A stretch of 62,819 nucleotides of DNA, counting the filler, from Nemertoderma westbladi (lineage: Eukaryota; Animalia; Xenacoelomorpha): NCBI GenBank assembly GCA_032718475.1. It is 3 parts of 3 records of this genome, joined end to end, with 100 filler letters (N's around TTAATTAATTAA, not from the genome) between each part and the next. Parts side by side here need not be neighbours in the genome. Positions count along the whole stretch, not along the records: positions 10,003 to 40,071 come from JAUCBJ010005242.1; 2 more parts are not named here. The stretch is one strand, 5' to 3'. A program made the translations under genes and the position numbers. This document shows, one piece after another, positions 25,428-38,719 of the stretch. Numbering within the stretch: position 1 is the stretch's first letter; each line of letters begins with the position of its first letter. Below the pieces are notes generated by a model. The model did not search any database, was not told the origin of the DNA, and saw only the letters and a program-made list of their open reading frames with translations.

Positions 25428-28400
25428 TCAGGATGATTGCAGCTCGTAAATTACACTGGCGAGTACTCGAAGGACCTGGTTGGGGAGTATAGATGACGTC
25501 GATAGGCTGAGAAGACGCCAACGCTGTTGAGTGAACAACCAATGATTACTGGAAGAGGACACCAATCGATGGAGACAGAGCGCGGCTCGCACCATCATAT
25601 CGAGACTCGGCCCAAACATCTCGAGTTGGTCCCGGTCAGCCTTACACAACCTCCGCTCGTCCACAGAGTTCGTCGCTTCTCCGTCCTCGATGTAGCTGCA
25701 CAGTTGCGACACGATGGACCGCTGCTGCGAAACCAGTAGCAACGCCGATTCCCCGGCTAGCGACAAGTTGTGGAGCAGCACTAATGAGAGTTCGCGAATG
25801 GCTGGACACCTCCTGTCCCCGATGTTACTAACCAACGAACTAACCAAACGCTCCGTTCTACAATACGGCTTCATCGCCCAGATATAATCCACGTTGGTAT
25901 CTAGGATACTGAGTTTAGCGAGGACTTCGATGGCTAGGCGTTGCGGAGTGATCGTAGAGTTCGAGGCGAAGGGGAGAGGGTCAACAGCGTAGGCCGAAGG
26001 ACAGATGGACCAATGGAGGAGACCGTCTAGCAACGGGATGGACAACGAGTCGGGGTACCTCGATATATCGAGATGGCCGGCTACGTTGGTGAGGATTACG
26101 AGGACGTTCTCTCGGAGCATGTCGAGACAACACCACTGGCGGTGGTTCGCCGTCACCGAGAGTTTGTCCTGCGCGGTATCGTCCTCGAGATTGGGGTCGC
26201 CCCCTGTCGTATCCGAGTGGAATCGCAAGGGTTCGTGCTCGTGGTGTAGGAGGAGGAGTCGCGATAAGGTTCGCATCAACCGGTCGTGTTTCCCGATGAG
26301 TCGCTCGTTCGAAGGGATGCAGGACAAACCGCGAACGATGTTGGACAAGGCCACGCAGCGATTCGCGTCCATTGAGTCGTTATCCGTTGCCATGGACAAC
26401 GGCGCGGACACGTACTCCACGCTCTCATACTCCACCTTGGCGTCGCTATGACGACGTGACGTCGACAGGTAGGAGTTGTCATCGACGTAGGTCCGACTGT
26501 CGCGTATCCGATGGAACAACTCGGACTCGATGGAACCCATCGGGTTATCCAGTTTAGATCCGATTAACCCGTCGAGGTTAAACCCAGTGAACACGTCATC
26601 CCGACTGTCGGCACACACGTCGTTGCTATCGTTACAGTACCGAGTAACGCAGTTCGCCAAAGCCCGGACTCCATCACAAGGACCGCTCAAACTCGTTCCC
26701 AGGGTAACGTCTTCAACGGAGTTGGTAATACCAAATGTATACCCGTTACCGCATTCTGTAACTGTCTCCATTTTAGAACCATTACCGCATTCTGTAACTG
26801 TCTCCATTTTAGAACCATTACCGCATTCTGTAACTGTCTCCATTTTAGAACCAATACCGCATTCTGTAACTGTCTCCATTTTAGAACCATTACCGCATTC
26901 TGTAACTGTCTCCATTTTAGAACCAATACCGCATTCTGTAACTGTCTCCATTTTAGAACCATTACCGCATTCTGTAACTGTCTCCATTTTAGAACCATTA
27001 CCGCATTCTGTAACTGTCTCCATTTTAGAACCATTACCGCATTCTATAACTGTCTCCATTTTAGAACCATTACCGCATTCTGTAACTGTCTCCATTTTAG
27101 AACCATTACCGCATTCTGTAACTGTCTCCATTTTAGAACCATTACCGCTTTCTGTAACTGTCTCCATTTTAGAACCATTACCGCATTCTGTAACTGTCTC
27201 CATTTTAGAACCATTACCGCATTCTGTAACTGTCTCCATTTTAGAACCATTACCGCATTCTGCAACTGTCTCCATTTTAGAACCATTACCGCATTCTGTA
27301 ACTGTCTCCATTTTAGAACCATTACCGCATTCTCTAACTGTCTCCATTTTAGAACCATTCCCGCATTCTGTAACTGTCTCCATTTTAGAAACGTTACCGC
27401 ATTCTGTAACAGCCTCTATTTTAGAATCGTTACTGCATCCGTTAACACGACTGTTCTCCTTCAAACCCTCTATCTCACTATCTGTACCACTTCCGCCACA
27501 TTGTTCAATATTAACCGGAAGTGACGTTGATTGAGTTCCGGGTTCGGTTTTTACGCAGTTAGACAGGTTTCCGGGACTACAGCCACCAGTGGTGTTGCAT
27601 TCCATCGGCTCGGTCTTTATTTCGAGTTTGAGAGAGACTGGGGAATCTGCGTTGGAGAGACACCCTGAGCAGCAGTTTGGAGTCCCAGTGTGGCACTCTG
27701 TGCCGTCACACACTGGTTTACTGTCTCCACAGTTGTTGGGTTTACAGTGGGTTTCTTTGGCAATGGGTGATTTACAGAGGCTATCAGTGATACTACCAAA
27801 ATGGTCACAATTATCAGGACCGCCACCAGATTCCTTACACCTTCTGTCTACGTCACAATGGTTTCCTTTGGTTCCGGAAGAGTTACAGTTGTCGTTAATC
27901 GGGTAGTGTGCCAGAGTTTGGTCCCTGACGTCTGTGGGAGATGGTTGGCAAGATTCACTGCCTGGCGACGACCAATCAGAATCGTCCAACTCCATTCCCG
28001 TTGATTTAAAACGTTTCCTAGGGGGCTCCTCGTCCGAGTGAAGTATAATATGGCAAAACTTGAGACGATCGGCTACAGCAGCTTCCACTTCCATCTCCAA
28101 CTCCAGCACGTTGTCTTCTATGGCATCAGGGTCTGGGTTACAATCCTCCTCAAGTATAGTAACTCGACCTTTAGTGAAGCGGCTTTTAGTCACCCGGCCA
28201 CTCACAGGTGACTCCTTCTCATTGGTAGAGTTTTGATCACGAGTCATACTAATTGGTTTATTATTCACGCATTGGGATGGATTAATCTGTTGTAATTGTT
28301 TGTAAATATTGGCGAGGCAGTGAGTCCAGTGGTCTATCAGAATGTCAATGAGTCCAGGGAGTTGGGCGAGCTGGAAGTTTCCGACAGTGTGATCATCATG

Positions 28401-28492
28401 AAGGAGGACATTGAGGGTGTTGATGGCCCAGGTTGTCTCCCCTAATAAACCCGATCGCAACGCCATCATAACCCTCACAGCTTCAACGTTAC
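25428..28492 (-). CDS. ARID1: ARID1 terminal exon (BAF250 C-terminal armadillo-like domain with a large insertion)
   Basis: 1028-aa ORF carrying the conserved ARID1 C-terminal motifs; acceptor tcttgtag at 28493-28500. Confidence 0.92.
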
Positions 28493-31400
28493 CTACAAGA
28501 AAAAACGAAATCAAAGTTGTTTAATAATCATGGTAAAACACCTCTTTATTGCATAACTTCATAAACAATCGATTGCGTTACATAATTATAATGCAAAAAG
28601 CAGAAACACCAAATACAGCCACGGTCACTTATCGATGTGATAAAGAAACACAATCATTTGAAAGTCTTCTAAAAAGTAACAAAGTTTTAAAGTGGAAGAT
28701 GAAAGACTTTCTTTTGGTATAATTTTATGAGATCCCCGAATATCAAATCAATTATGAGTTTCATTTTCTTCGTATGATTAATTTGAGATGATTCTTTTAT
28801 CGAAAAAGACCAAGGAAGGGTGGGGTGTGTGTGGGCGCGGTGGTGGGTATGGGGCTATTTTATCGGACAGCAATTACGGATGGCCCAATTTTTATTCGTT
28901 TAAAACGCTAAATAGCAAAAAAGTTAAAAACAAAATGTTCACCGGAAGTGAAGAACAAAACATAAACAACTGGCAACCCAAACTCACCCAAATCTTTGGC
29001 TGTGGTCCGTTTTCGCTTCTTCATATTCGACTGCGCAGATTCGATACAGTTGGGAGGGAAGAGGGGAGGGATCTTCTTGGGGGATGGTAGATGGAATCCA
29101 TGAGCGGGAAGCATAGGTCGTCCCATCGAGAACTGTCGTAAGGAAAGATAAGAAAAATAGTTATACTCACTGATTCGTCCTGGTAATTTAAATTGGAATC
29201 GGTTAAATTAAAAGGTATTAAAATTGTCTTTGAAAATTACCAGCAAGTTAGTGTGGATGGTTTCAAGAAAGAAGAATAAACACTTTAATGTGGCAAATAT
29301 TAATTTACAATTATATCCTTTCAGATTGATTACCTTATGAGATATCGTATGTCCTTGTTTATCACCAACTCTCGTAGGTTGCATATACCCCATCGGGCCG
29401 CTAGATGTCGCCACAGGATGCGGCATTCTGGGCCCGCCGTGCGGCAGCTGGTAGACTGCGGGGGGCCCGCGTGGCGGCGCAGACCACGCAGAGGGGTCCG
29501 ACGGATCAGGGGGTCCGCTGGAGACGGGGCCATAGCCGGGGGGGAAATGAGGGGGTTTCCCCGAACTTGGAGGCCCTGCAATACGTAAACGGTCAAGTTA
29601 GACTTTTTAAAATCTACATTTCCATTCTTCCACTTTTTAAATTGTCAACCATTGAGATTGTCAACCATTGAGACAGATACCTCATGTCAACCTTTTAGAT
29701 AGGCCGAAAAAATTTAGAGATTTATTTTATAATTTTATAAATTTATGATCTATTTCAGGAATTATATATTTTTCACTAACCTGGTTGATATGCGGGATAC
29801 GTTGGCTGCTGCTGGGGCTCCCCTTCCTTCATTGCCCCCATTGGGGGGCGGGGGAAGGATTGCGGGGGCGGAGGGGGGCATCCGTTGGCGTTGGGGTGCC
29901 CGGGAGGGTAGGGGGGGCGGTACTGGGGGGCGGACGGAGGGAGCGGACCCCCCATGTGGTGGTACTGGGGGTAACGGGGGCTGCCGAAATGGGGACCGTT
30001 GGAGCCCGGGGGGTAACCGTGGGGGGGATCGGGGGATGTACCAGGGGGCGGTGGTGCCGGGGATGAGGCAAAGCGACTGGAAAGGAATAAAGAAATGATA
30101 ATGAAAGTAAAATAAAAAATAATATTAGGAAGTATACAAAAACTAATTAAATTACTTTGTAAATTAAATCAATAATTTAAATTACAACCTCTTGATTATC
30201 ACCTCAGTTAACAATTATTTATATTCAGACTAACCCGTCCTGCATCTGAGGATGCGGTTGGTGGTAACCAGGGAAACCAGGTGCGGGTTTCCTGTGGTGC
30301 ATGTAGCCGGGATGGGAAGGGGGGACACCCCACTCGACGGGAGGGGGTTGGGAGGGGTAGTGGGGGTTGGCGCCCTGCGGCGGGCAGTCGGGGTACCCCG
30401 TAGGTGGAACCATGTACATTGGGTTGCCGTTAGGGGGCTTCGAGATTGGGCTGATCTCTCGATTGGGAGGCATCTAGAAGAGCGTTTAAAGTAATTTATA
30501 GTATTTATTATATAATGTAATGCTACAGCTGATTTAATTAGTATTATATTAATAATAATAATATTATAATCAAAATTGGATAGTTATTTTGCCTCTGACC
30601 CACAACTGGCCGCTGGTGGCTCCGTATATGCGACTTATTTATAACAAAAATGAGCTGGCCTTCGGCAGGCACCAAATGCATTATACGTACATAAAACCTT
30701 TCTGACCCTAAATATATTTTAATCCTAAATTCGTACGTAACTTCAGTGTATTGTTTGGGTTTCCCCGTACTTATATGTAACCTGAGTATTCATGAAGCTA
30801 AACTATAGGGTCAGAATCTCAGATAAATTAAAATTTACGGTCAGAAAGGTACAATTTAGGGTCGGAAAAAGTAGAATTGACGATCGAAAAAAGTAGAATT
30901 TAGCGTGAATGAAAATATGCTTTATAAATCACTCACTTGACTATATGGGTCGTTACTGTTATAGTAGTTATTGGAGGATTCGTGACTGCCGCCTGTCCAG
31001 TCATCAGCGAATGGGTCCTGCACATTGACGCTTCCAGATTGCGCCGGAGGGGGGCGCATCTCAAACCGAGAGTTGTGATTGGCTCCCGGTGCTGACGGGG
31101 GTCCCTGGAACCCCGGGGGAGGGGGGTGAGTGAAGTACTCGCCATGTGCCGAGCCCATATGGGGGGAAGGGGCGTTCACTAGAAAACAGACCACATTTGA
31201 ATAACTTAAACAACATTTAATCCATCTACGAATATTCATACAAAAGTTTACAAAGAAGCAAGAAATGTAGCCACATGGACTGACCCAATCTGAGTAGGAT
31301 ACATCGACTGGGCTAATTTCTGGGCGTTAATATTGCATACCACGGACATCCTAAGCTGAGCTGAGTTCACCCAGTTAGGGCAGAGGTTTGCGAGAATTTA

Positions 31401-34400
31401 TTTAATTCATTTTTTCCTTAACTAACATTATTTCGGTACATTTATTACTATGTAGATAGTTACCCTTTTATACCCAAATCAATTAGTGTTTTTCTATGGA
31501 AAGCGTTTAAACCAAACAGAAGTTTAGAGTCGAATATTGCCGGATCGATGGCAACAATACAATTTTTATAAAAATATGTCTGTTTGTCTGATTCAAAAAC
31601 AATTAAAATTAAAAACAAATATTCTAAAATATAAAAATGATTAAAAATGTTCTTTAATAAAAATATAGAATTGCAGTGCTGAAAAGGTCTGTTTACTTTC
31701 TCGTTATAAAACTGCGATTTTGTAATGGTGACTCTGATGTGTACTATGTAGTCCATTAATTTTCACTGTACTACTACAGTACTGCATTATGCAGTGCACT
31801 TATCGTCACTTAGCTGAGTCGACCAGACTGGAACTAACCTAATACCCGTATAATTTATAAACTTCGCGTATTTATACGTAGTTTCTAGCACAGAATAACC
31901 CCAACCAACCTGGAGTTGTTGAATTTCCAACCAACTTCGACTTTCCCTTCTTCCCTTTACTCGACTCGAGGGCTGCCAGTATCGGCGCGGGGTCAATGTC
32001 CCCTCGGTCGAACTTACACTCGTAAGGCAAGAGATACTTGATGTAATTCTTACGGATGCCGAAAGCTGTCATTGCCGATTGTAGAACATCCAACTCCTTC
32101 GCTATATCCTTCCATAACTTATCTTTATGGACCTAAAAGTTAAACAATTCAATTATTTTATTTTATTTAATGAATTATGAATATTGCCAAGCAAATTGTT
32201 GCTTTTTTTATAAATAGTTTATACTAGAAGATACGGAAATTCAACTGAAAGGGTAAATTTTAATAATCTCAGCGCGTAAAAAATGAAGAATATATATGTA
32301 ACTGTGATGTCGAATCAAATTAATAAGATGAAAAGAGAAACAGCAGCGAGAATAGATCCGCCATTCATATAAAAATGCGGATATTATCTAGAATTAGTAT
32401 TATACTTACAATCTGAAAGCCTCCCTTTTCTCGAACCAAAACATAGACTTTATACAGATCCAAAAATTGTTTGCTGATAGTGGGAACTTTGATTATCGGA
32501 GTCCCTCTGTCATCCATGAATGCGAGTAGTTTCTCGATGAAGGGCCTTCGCTCAGGTTCGTTACCCATGCCGAAGAGTTTATCGAGGGGCTCCATGCTCG
32601 CCGCATGATGGGGCATCGGAGAGGGCAGGTGCTTCGGACGAGATCCCGTAGTGGGCGGGCGTTGGAGCGCCCCTGTCGCTGGAGAGATGCAGAGGCCGGG
32701 GCGTGGGTGATGGCTGCCGCTACCGTGACTGTGAGACTGCGCAAAATAAGTAATAGTTCGAATCAATATAGAAAACAATCTAGTAAACAAAGTAACCTGC
32801 TTATAAAACAACTGGCCAGAAAATGTTGAAACTAATCCATAAATTCAAATTTACCGCCATTGACTTACTTGAATGACTGCAATACCTGGACAAGAACAAC
32901 CCGCCATGTTTCAAATGATTTAGGTCTGTTGTCAGTTTAAATTTGGTTAACATTTTTGAATGTATATTTGGCAAGATTGTTAATGTTAAATCATATTTTG
33001 TGAATTTTTGGGACTTAGACTAACCTGTGACCATCGGTATAACAATGGTACAATGTCAATGGTAAATTCATATTGATGGACTAGTGCAGTGTAACTCACA
33101 GTAACTCAACTTACAGGACTAGCCGGGGTTTTTGGCATTGATGGACTCATTGTTACAGACTCAGACTCTTCCTGATACGACGCTATGCTAGTTGAACCGG
33201 GGGACGCCATTGGAGAAGAACGCAAACAATTATTATCCTATGTAAAACAACAAAGTTGTTAGTACTCAAATAGACACGCACGTTAGTTAATAATATAGGA
33301 CAGATTCTTATATTACACAGTTTTTACCTAACTTCAACAAAATATAATATTAAATTAAATAAATTATTAATTCACCTGTAGTGCGGGATTACAGTTCATT
33401 TTCGTAAATGTAATCCCAATAGTTTCCTCAACTAAATTCGTTAACGAAAACATTATTCACGCCAAGATACAGTACAGATATAATAACGTTAAGCAAAACA
33501 GACTGCTTATTAATATGGGAATATTCAGTAAGCGAAATTATTTACTATAGTCTAGAACAAGTATTGGCAGTAGTTCCGTACTCACACCTGTACAGTATTC
33601 GAATTTTTTTAACATAATTAATATTCTTATGTTATGTTATATAATTATAATTTATAAACTGTATTTATAATATAATATTATATTATAATTGTATTTATTA
33701 TATTTTATTTAATAAATTTTATTATTTATTAATATTGTATACTTATGAACTGCCCCGGAAAAAAGTGTTAAAAGTCCCCAAATCGCCATTTCGACTTAAT
33801 ATCAAATAAGGTATGAGTACGAAAATAATACCCAATATCCCATACCCAATATCCCATATATCCAATATCCCATACCTGACTAGTGGCGGTGGCCAGGGCT
33901 ACTGCTGCGGCTTGTGCTGCGGCTGCGGCAGCAGCGGTAGTGCTTTGAATGATTTGCCGCGGGCGGCCGAGACCCGATGGATGGTGCGAGCCGTAGGGCG
34001 AGTTGGCATTGAAGTTGGGGTGATTGTGATTGGGGGGTGGGGCCCTCGATGTGTATATACCTAAAGAAATAAGTTTAAGCGTACTGGACTACGGAATGAA
34101 TAACTTTAACATTACACACGCGCGCACCAGGTGAAGTTACCTTGAATACCCTTGTTAACTTGAAGGCAGTACTTCAAAAGGGGATAGATTTCATCATCAG
34201 ATAAATATATGGATTCTCTCCATTTCATAAAAACAGATGAAAAAAAAACTAAAAAAAACTGCGGTATTAAAAACTGTGTTTGAGTATAAGTTTAAGCAAA
34301 GATCAGTGCAATTTTCGACACATAAATAAAATAAAGTTACCCCAAATAAAATTATTCAAACACACAAAATAAAATTTTCAACACCAAAACCAATTATTCA

Positions 34401-37400
34401 ATCAACACCAAAATAAATAAATGCTCCCCAAAACCAATTATTCACACCAAAATAAATGACAAAACCCCCAAAATAAATACAAATTTTCCCAAAATAAATG
34501 ACAAAACCCCCAAAATAAATACATATTTTCCCCAAAATAAATACATATTTTCCCCAAAATAAATACATATTTTCCCAAAATAAATGCTTATTCCTCCAAA
34601 ATAATCAAATATTCTACCAAAATGAACAGACTCTTAGTTACATACTCTCAGTTGCAGACTATTGGTACGAGGATCGTCGGATGAGTACAAAACAAAGACC
34701 TAAGACTTTACTGCCCGTGCTGTAGAAAACAAAGAGGTAAAGTCGCATTAGGTCCCAAAGAACTTTAGGTCCAATTGTTATTTAAAGGAGGAAGTTCGTA
34801 AAGGAGCAGGTTACAAAGGCGTGTTTGGGGAACCAAAACAATAAACGAAAGTAACACATTTACAAGATTATGCAGGTTTTTAAAATTGGGTCTTTGGTCT
34901 TTGTTTTGTACTCATCCGAGGATCGTCGGTATAATATGATTAAACATTTTGTTTGATTTATGGAAATAAACTATCAATGAATTTGTATAAATATATACAT
35001 TTTCCATAAAATATTTTGGTGCTGGAAGAATTGTTTTTGGTTGACAAGTAATTATTTTAGGTATAAGATTAAATAATTGTTTTTGGGGAATGAATGAATA
35101 ATTGTTTTTGGGGGATGAATAATTGTTTTTGGGGGATGAATAATTGTTTTTGGGGGAATGAATATTGTTTTTGGGAGATGAATAATTGTTTTTTGGGGGG
35201 ATGAATAATTGTTTTTGGGGAATCAATAATTGTTTTGGGGGATGAATAATTGTTTTTTGGGGGGTGGGGGTGAATAAATGTTTTTGGGGATTATTTATTG
35301 TTTTTGGGGGATGAATAAATGTTTTTGGTGAGAGATATTCAAAATGTAAATTGGTGCTACAAAAAAATATAATTGGCGTTAAATAACTTTTTGGTGTGAA
35401 ATCATTTAATTTGGGGTGGCATTCTATTAGTGGCGATATGTAAATATTAAATATAAACTACCGAAATATGGGGGGGGGGGGAGTTCCAGTATTCAATTTC
35501 TAAATTCAAACTTGCGTTATTCCTATAGACAAACTCAAACACAAACATTATGGGAAACAATAAGTTCATGTATAACGTCACATCGTACGTATTTAATGCA
35601 ATAGACAATTATTAATTCACACACCTACACGAATTCATCGGTACAGCGTGCAAAACGAAAACAATGCGATCCAAAAGTTGTCGACATGCAGACAACATTA
35701 AGATACAAGGGCGGCTGCAGTTTGTTACGATGGGGTAAAAAAAGCAAGCAGTCGAGTATTGCATTCATTGGTTTTGGAAGTCTGTTATTGGAGATGGCCA
35801 AACGAGTCGATTTTAAAGCATATTCGATAATCAGTAACTTGGCAACGGTTGCATAGCAGTTATTGTTGTAGATATTATTAGTTTGGCTGTTAGTTACCAC
35901 AGTAAGCTCAAAACACAACATAGTTCAACTTATACCACGGGATTAAGGCTAAAAAATAATTCGTCAGATTTATTTTTTAGAATTTAGGTGATCCATTCAA
36001 TTTCGTAAAAAGAAGTGAAGACTAGGATAAATAATGTTGGATATAAGTTGAACTTTTATCAAAAGGCATATTTTTATTTAAGCTATAAGCATCCGTATAA
36101 TACACACAAGACGGTGTTAAGAGGAACATTACGTAACCAAACAAGTTAAATATATTATCTTTACCTCGCCTACACTGGGCGAAAAGCAGAAGAGTATCTT
36201 GATGGCTTGGAGGGGCCACCTGGTTGGGGGGTGCCATCTCCTTCTCAGAGAGAAGGTCTAGAAAAGTAGTCAGAAAAGTGATAACTATAAGCAACAGGTT
36301 AATTACAGAACAGTGACTATAAATATAGGATTTACATTTAAGTTGAGGAAAATAGTTATAAAACAACCAGTACACACAAATCCTAGTCCTAATAAATAAA
36401 TTAAAACACCAATTATATGAATACATTATATACCACAACAGAAACCATAAAATTAGGTTACAATTAACAATTAAAGGGGTCATTTATAAAGTATAACCTA
36501 CAAAGTTTCGAGGTGGAAAACGAAATTACAAATAAGCAACGATTCATTCATAAAACATTAAATATCTATGTGGAATACATAAAGGGAAACGGAGACAACC
36601 ACATAGATTTAAACAAACCAAATAAACGTAAAGATATAAAGAAAGATTTACGAAACAGATACGTGACACTTACCACTAGCTTCCGGTGATTCCCAGCGTT
36701 GCTGGGGTGACGTCATTCGCCCCACTGATGACGGGGATTCCATCTTAGGGTCCACCAATGACGGATGGGGTGCCCCTTGAGGCGGACCATCGAAATGGTT
36801 GGCAAAACGTGATTTATACAACATATCCTAGAAAAAAATATCAACAGTAAAAACATACGGTAATATGTCTGGGCGACTTATCTGAGAGTATGTGGGTGAG
36901 ACTGCGTTGGGAGGGTGTTCCACTGGGTCTGAGCGACTTACCTGAGAGTCTGTGGGTCCGACTGCGTTGGGAGGGTGTTCCACTGGGTCTGGGCGACTTA
37001 TCTGAGAGCCTGTGGGTCCGACTGCGTTGGGAGGGTGTTCCACTGGGTCTGAGCGACTTACCTGAGAGTCTGTGGGTCCGACTGCGTTGGGAGGGTGTTC
37101 CACTGGGTCTGGGCGACTTATCTGAGAGCCTGTGGGTCCGACTGCGTTGGGAGGGTGTTCCTCTGGGTCTGGGCGACGTATCTGAGAGCCTGTGGGTCCG
37201 ACTGCGTTGGGAGGGTGTTCCACTGGGCCTGGGCGACTTACCTGAGAGTCTGTGGGTCCGACTGCGTTGGGAGGGTGTTCCACTGGGTCTGGGCGACTTA
37301 TCTGAGAGTCTGTGGGTCCGACTGCGTTGGGAGGGTGTTCCACTGGGTCTGGGCGACTTATCTGAGAGTCTGTGGATCCGACTGCGTTGGGGGGGTGTTA

Positions 37401-38719
37401 CACTGGGTCTGGGCGACTTACCTGACGGTCTGTGGGTCCGACTGCGTTGGGAGGGTGTTCCACTGGGTCTGTCCGACTTACCTGAGAGTCTGAGGGTCCG
37501 ACTGCGTTGGGAGGGTATTCCACTGGGTCGGGGCGACTTACCTGAGAGTCTGTGGGGCCGACTGCGTTGGGAGGGTGTTCCACTGGGTCTGGGCGACTTA
37601 CCTGAGAGTCTGTGGGTCCGACTGCGTTGGGAGGGTGTTCCACTGGGTCTGGGCGACTTATCTGAGAGTCTGAGGGTCCGACTGCGTTGGGAGGGTGTTC
37701 CACTGAGTCTGGGCGACTTACCTGAGAGTCTGTGGGTCCGACTGCGTTGGGAGGGTGTTCCACTGGGTCTGGGCGACTTATCTGAGAATCTGCGGGTCCG
37801 ACTGCGTTGGGAGGGTGTTACACTGGGTCTGGGCGACGTATCTGAGAGTCTGAGGGTCCGACTGCGTTGGGAGGGTGTTCCACTGAGTCTGGGCGACTTA
37901 CCTGAGAGTCTGTGGGTCCGACTGCGTTGGGAGGGTGTTACACTGGGTCTGGGCGACTTACCTGAGAGTCTGTGGGTCCGACTGCGTTGGGAGGGTGTTC
38001 CACTGGGTCTGGGCGACTTATCTGAGAGTCTGTGGGTCCGACTGCGTTGGGAGGGTGTTCCACTGGGTCTGGGCGACTTATCTGAGAGTCTGTGGGTCTG
38101 ACTGCGTTCGGAGGGTGTTTCACTGGGTCTGGGCGACTTATCTGAGAGTATGTGGGTCCGACTGCGTTGGGAGGGTGTTCCACTGGGTCTGGGCGACTTA
38201 CCTGAGAGTCTGTGGATCCGACTGCGTTGGGAGGGTGTTCCACTGGGTCTGGGCGACTTATCTGAGAGCCTGTGGGTCCGACTGCGTTGGGAGGGTGTTC
38301 CACTGGGCCTGGGCGACTTACCTAAGAGTCTGTGGGTCCGACTGCGTTGGGAGGCTGTCCCACTGGGTCTGGGCGACTTATCTGAGAGCCTGTGGGTCTG
38401 ACTGCGTTGGGAGGGTGTTTCACTGGGTCTGGGCGACTAACCTGAGAGTCTGTGGGTCCGACTGCGTTGGGGGGGTGCTCCACTGGACCGGGAGTGCGGG
38501 GTGAGTCCTGGCGGGGCTGACCGCGTAGAGATGCGGGACTTCGGGAGGCGTTGGGTCGACCCACTTGGGGTCTGGGGCCGTGTTGGGCGGGGAAGGGTTG
38601 CCCGTAACCTTGGGGAGGGTAGCCCCCAGACTGGGGGTAGTTGATGCCCGGGCCCCCACCCCCAGGAAACCGAGGACCTTGGGGCCCTTGGTGAGGGTAG
38701 CCTTGGTGAGGTGGGTATC
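25428..38719 (-). CDS. ARID1: AT-rich interactive domain protein 1 (ARID1A/B, osa/BAF250; SWI/SNF-BAF subunit), 5'-incomplete multi-exon gene
   Basis: Phase-compatible GT-AG exons on the minus strand: 38719-38442, 36827-36674, 36257-36165, 34060-33876, 33237-33115, 32736-32410, 32132-31910, 31178-30937, 30473-30235, 30076-29781, 29575-29334, 29132-28988, 28492-25428. Features: Pro/Gln/Tyr-rich low-complexity exons, an ARID domain, FPPNCIES..KKRKRTTAKDLG, and BAF250 C-terminal motifs RVMMALRSGLLGETTWAINTLNVLLHDD, LRENVLVILTNVAGHLD, LLDGLLHW, DMMVRAA. Confidence 0.92.
26744..27430 (-). repeat. Coding 36-bp minisatellite (about 19 x ECGNGSKMETVT) inside the ARID1 terminal exon
   Basis: Tandem plus-strand unit ccgcattctgtaactgtctccattttagaaccatta, with the reading frame preserved throughout. 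Confidence 0.95.
31910..32736 (-). CDS. ARID1: ARID DNA-binding domain exons of ARID1 (32736-32410 and 32132-31910)
   Basis: EPERRPFIEKLLAFMDDRGTPIIKVPTISKQFLDLYKVYVLVREKGGFQI|VHKDKLWKDIAKEL...IRKNYIKYLLPYECKFDRGD, joined in phase 0. Confidence 0.92.
34320..35420. repeat. Foldback-like element with oppositely oriented short-repeat arms (cccaaaataaat-type on the left, ataattgtttttgggg-type on the right)
   Basis: Left low-complexity array ~34330-34625 and right array ~35075-35330 are complementary in motif. Confidence 0.5.
34679..34917. mobile_element. Small MITE with ~28-bp TIRs and an 8-12 bp target-site duplication, in an ARID1 intron
   Basis: TIRs ggatgagtacaaaacaaagacctaagac / gtctttggtctttgttttgtactcatcc, flanked on both sides by gaggatcgtc. 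The exact TIR/TSD boundary is ambiguous. Confidence 0.8.
36866..38485 (-). repeat. 60-bp minisatellite (27 copies) spanning an ARID1 exon end and its 5' splice site
   Basis: Minus-strand unit ccagacccagtggaacaccctcccaacgcagtcggacccacagactctcag|gtaagtcgc; the units align one per 60-nt line. Confidence 0.97.

Noticed and set aside
26530-27534. 334-aa plus-strand ORF (PHSVTVSILEPL repeats)
   Set aside because: Antisense shadow of the ARID1 coding minisatellite.
36890-38504. Plus-strand ORFs (WVRLRWEGVPLG repeats)
   Set aside because: Antisense by-products of the 60-bp array; the meaningful frame is on the minus strand.
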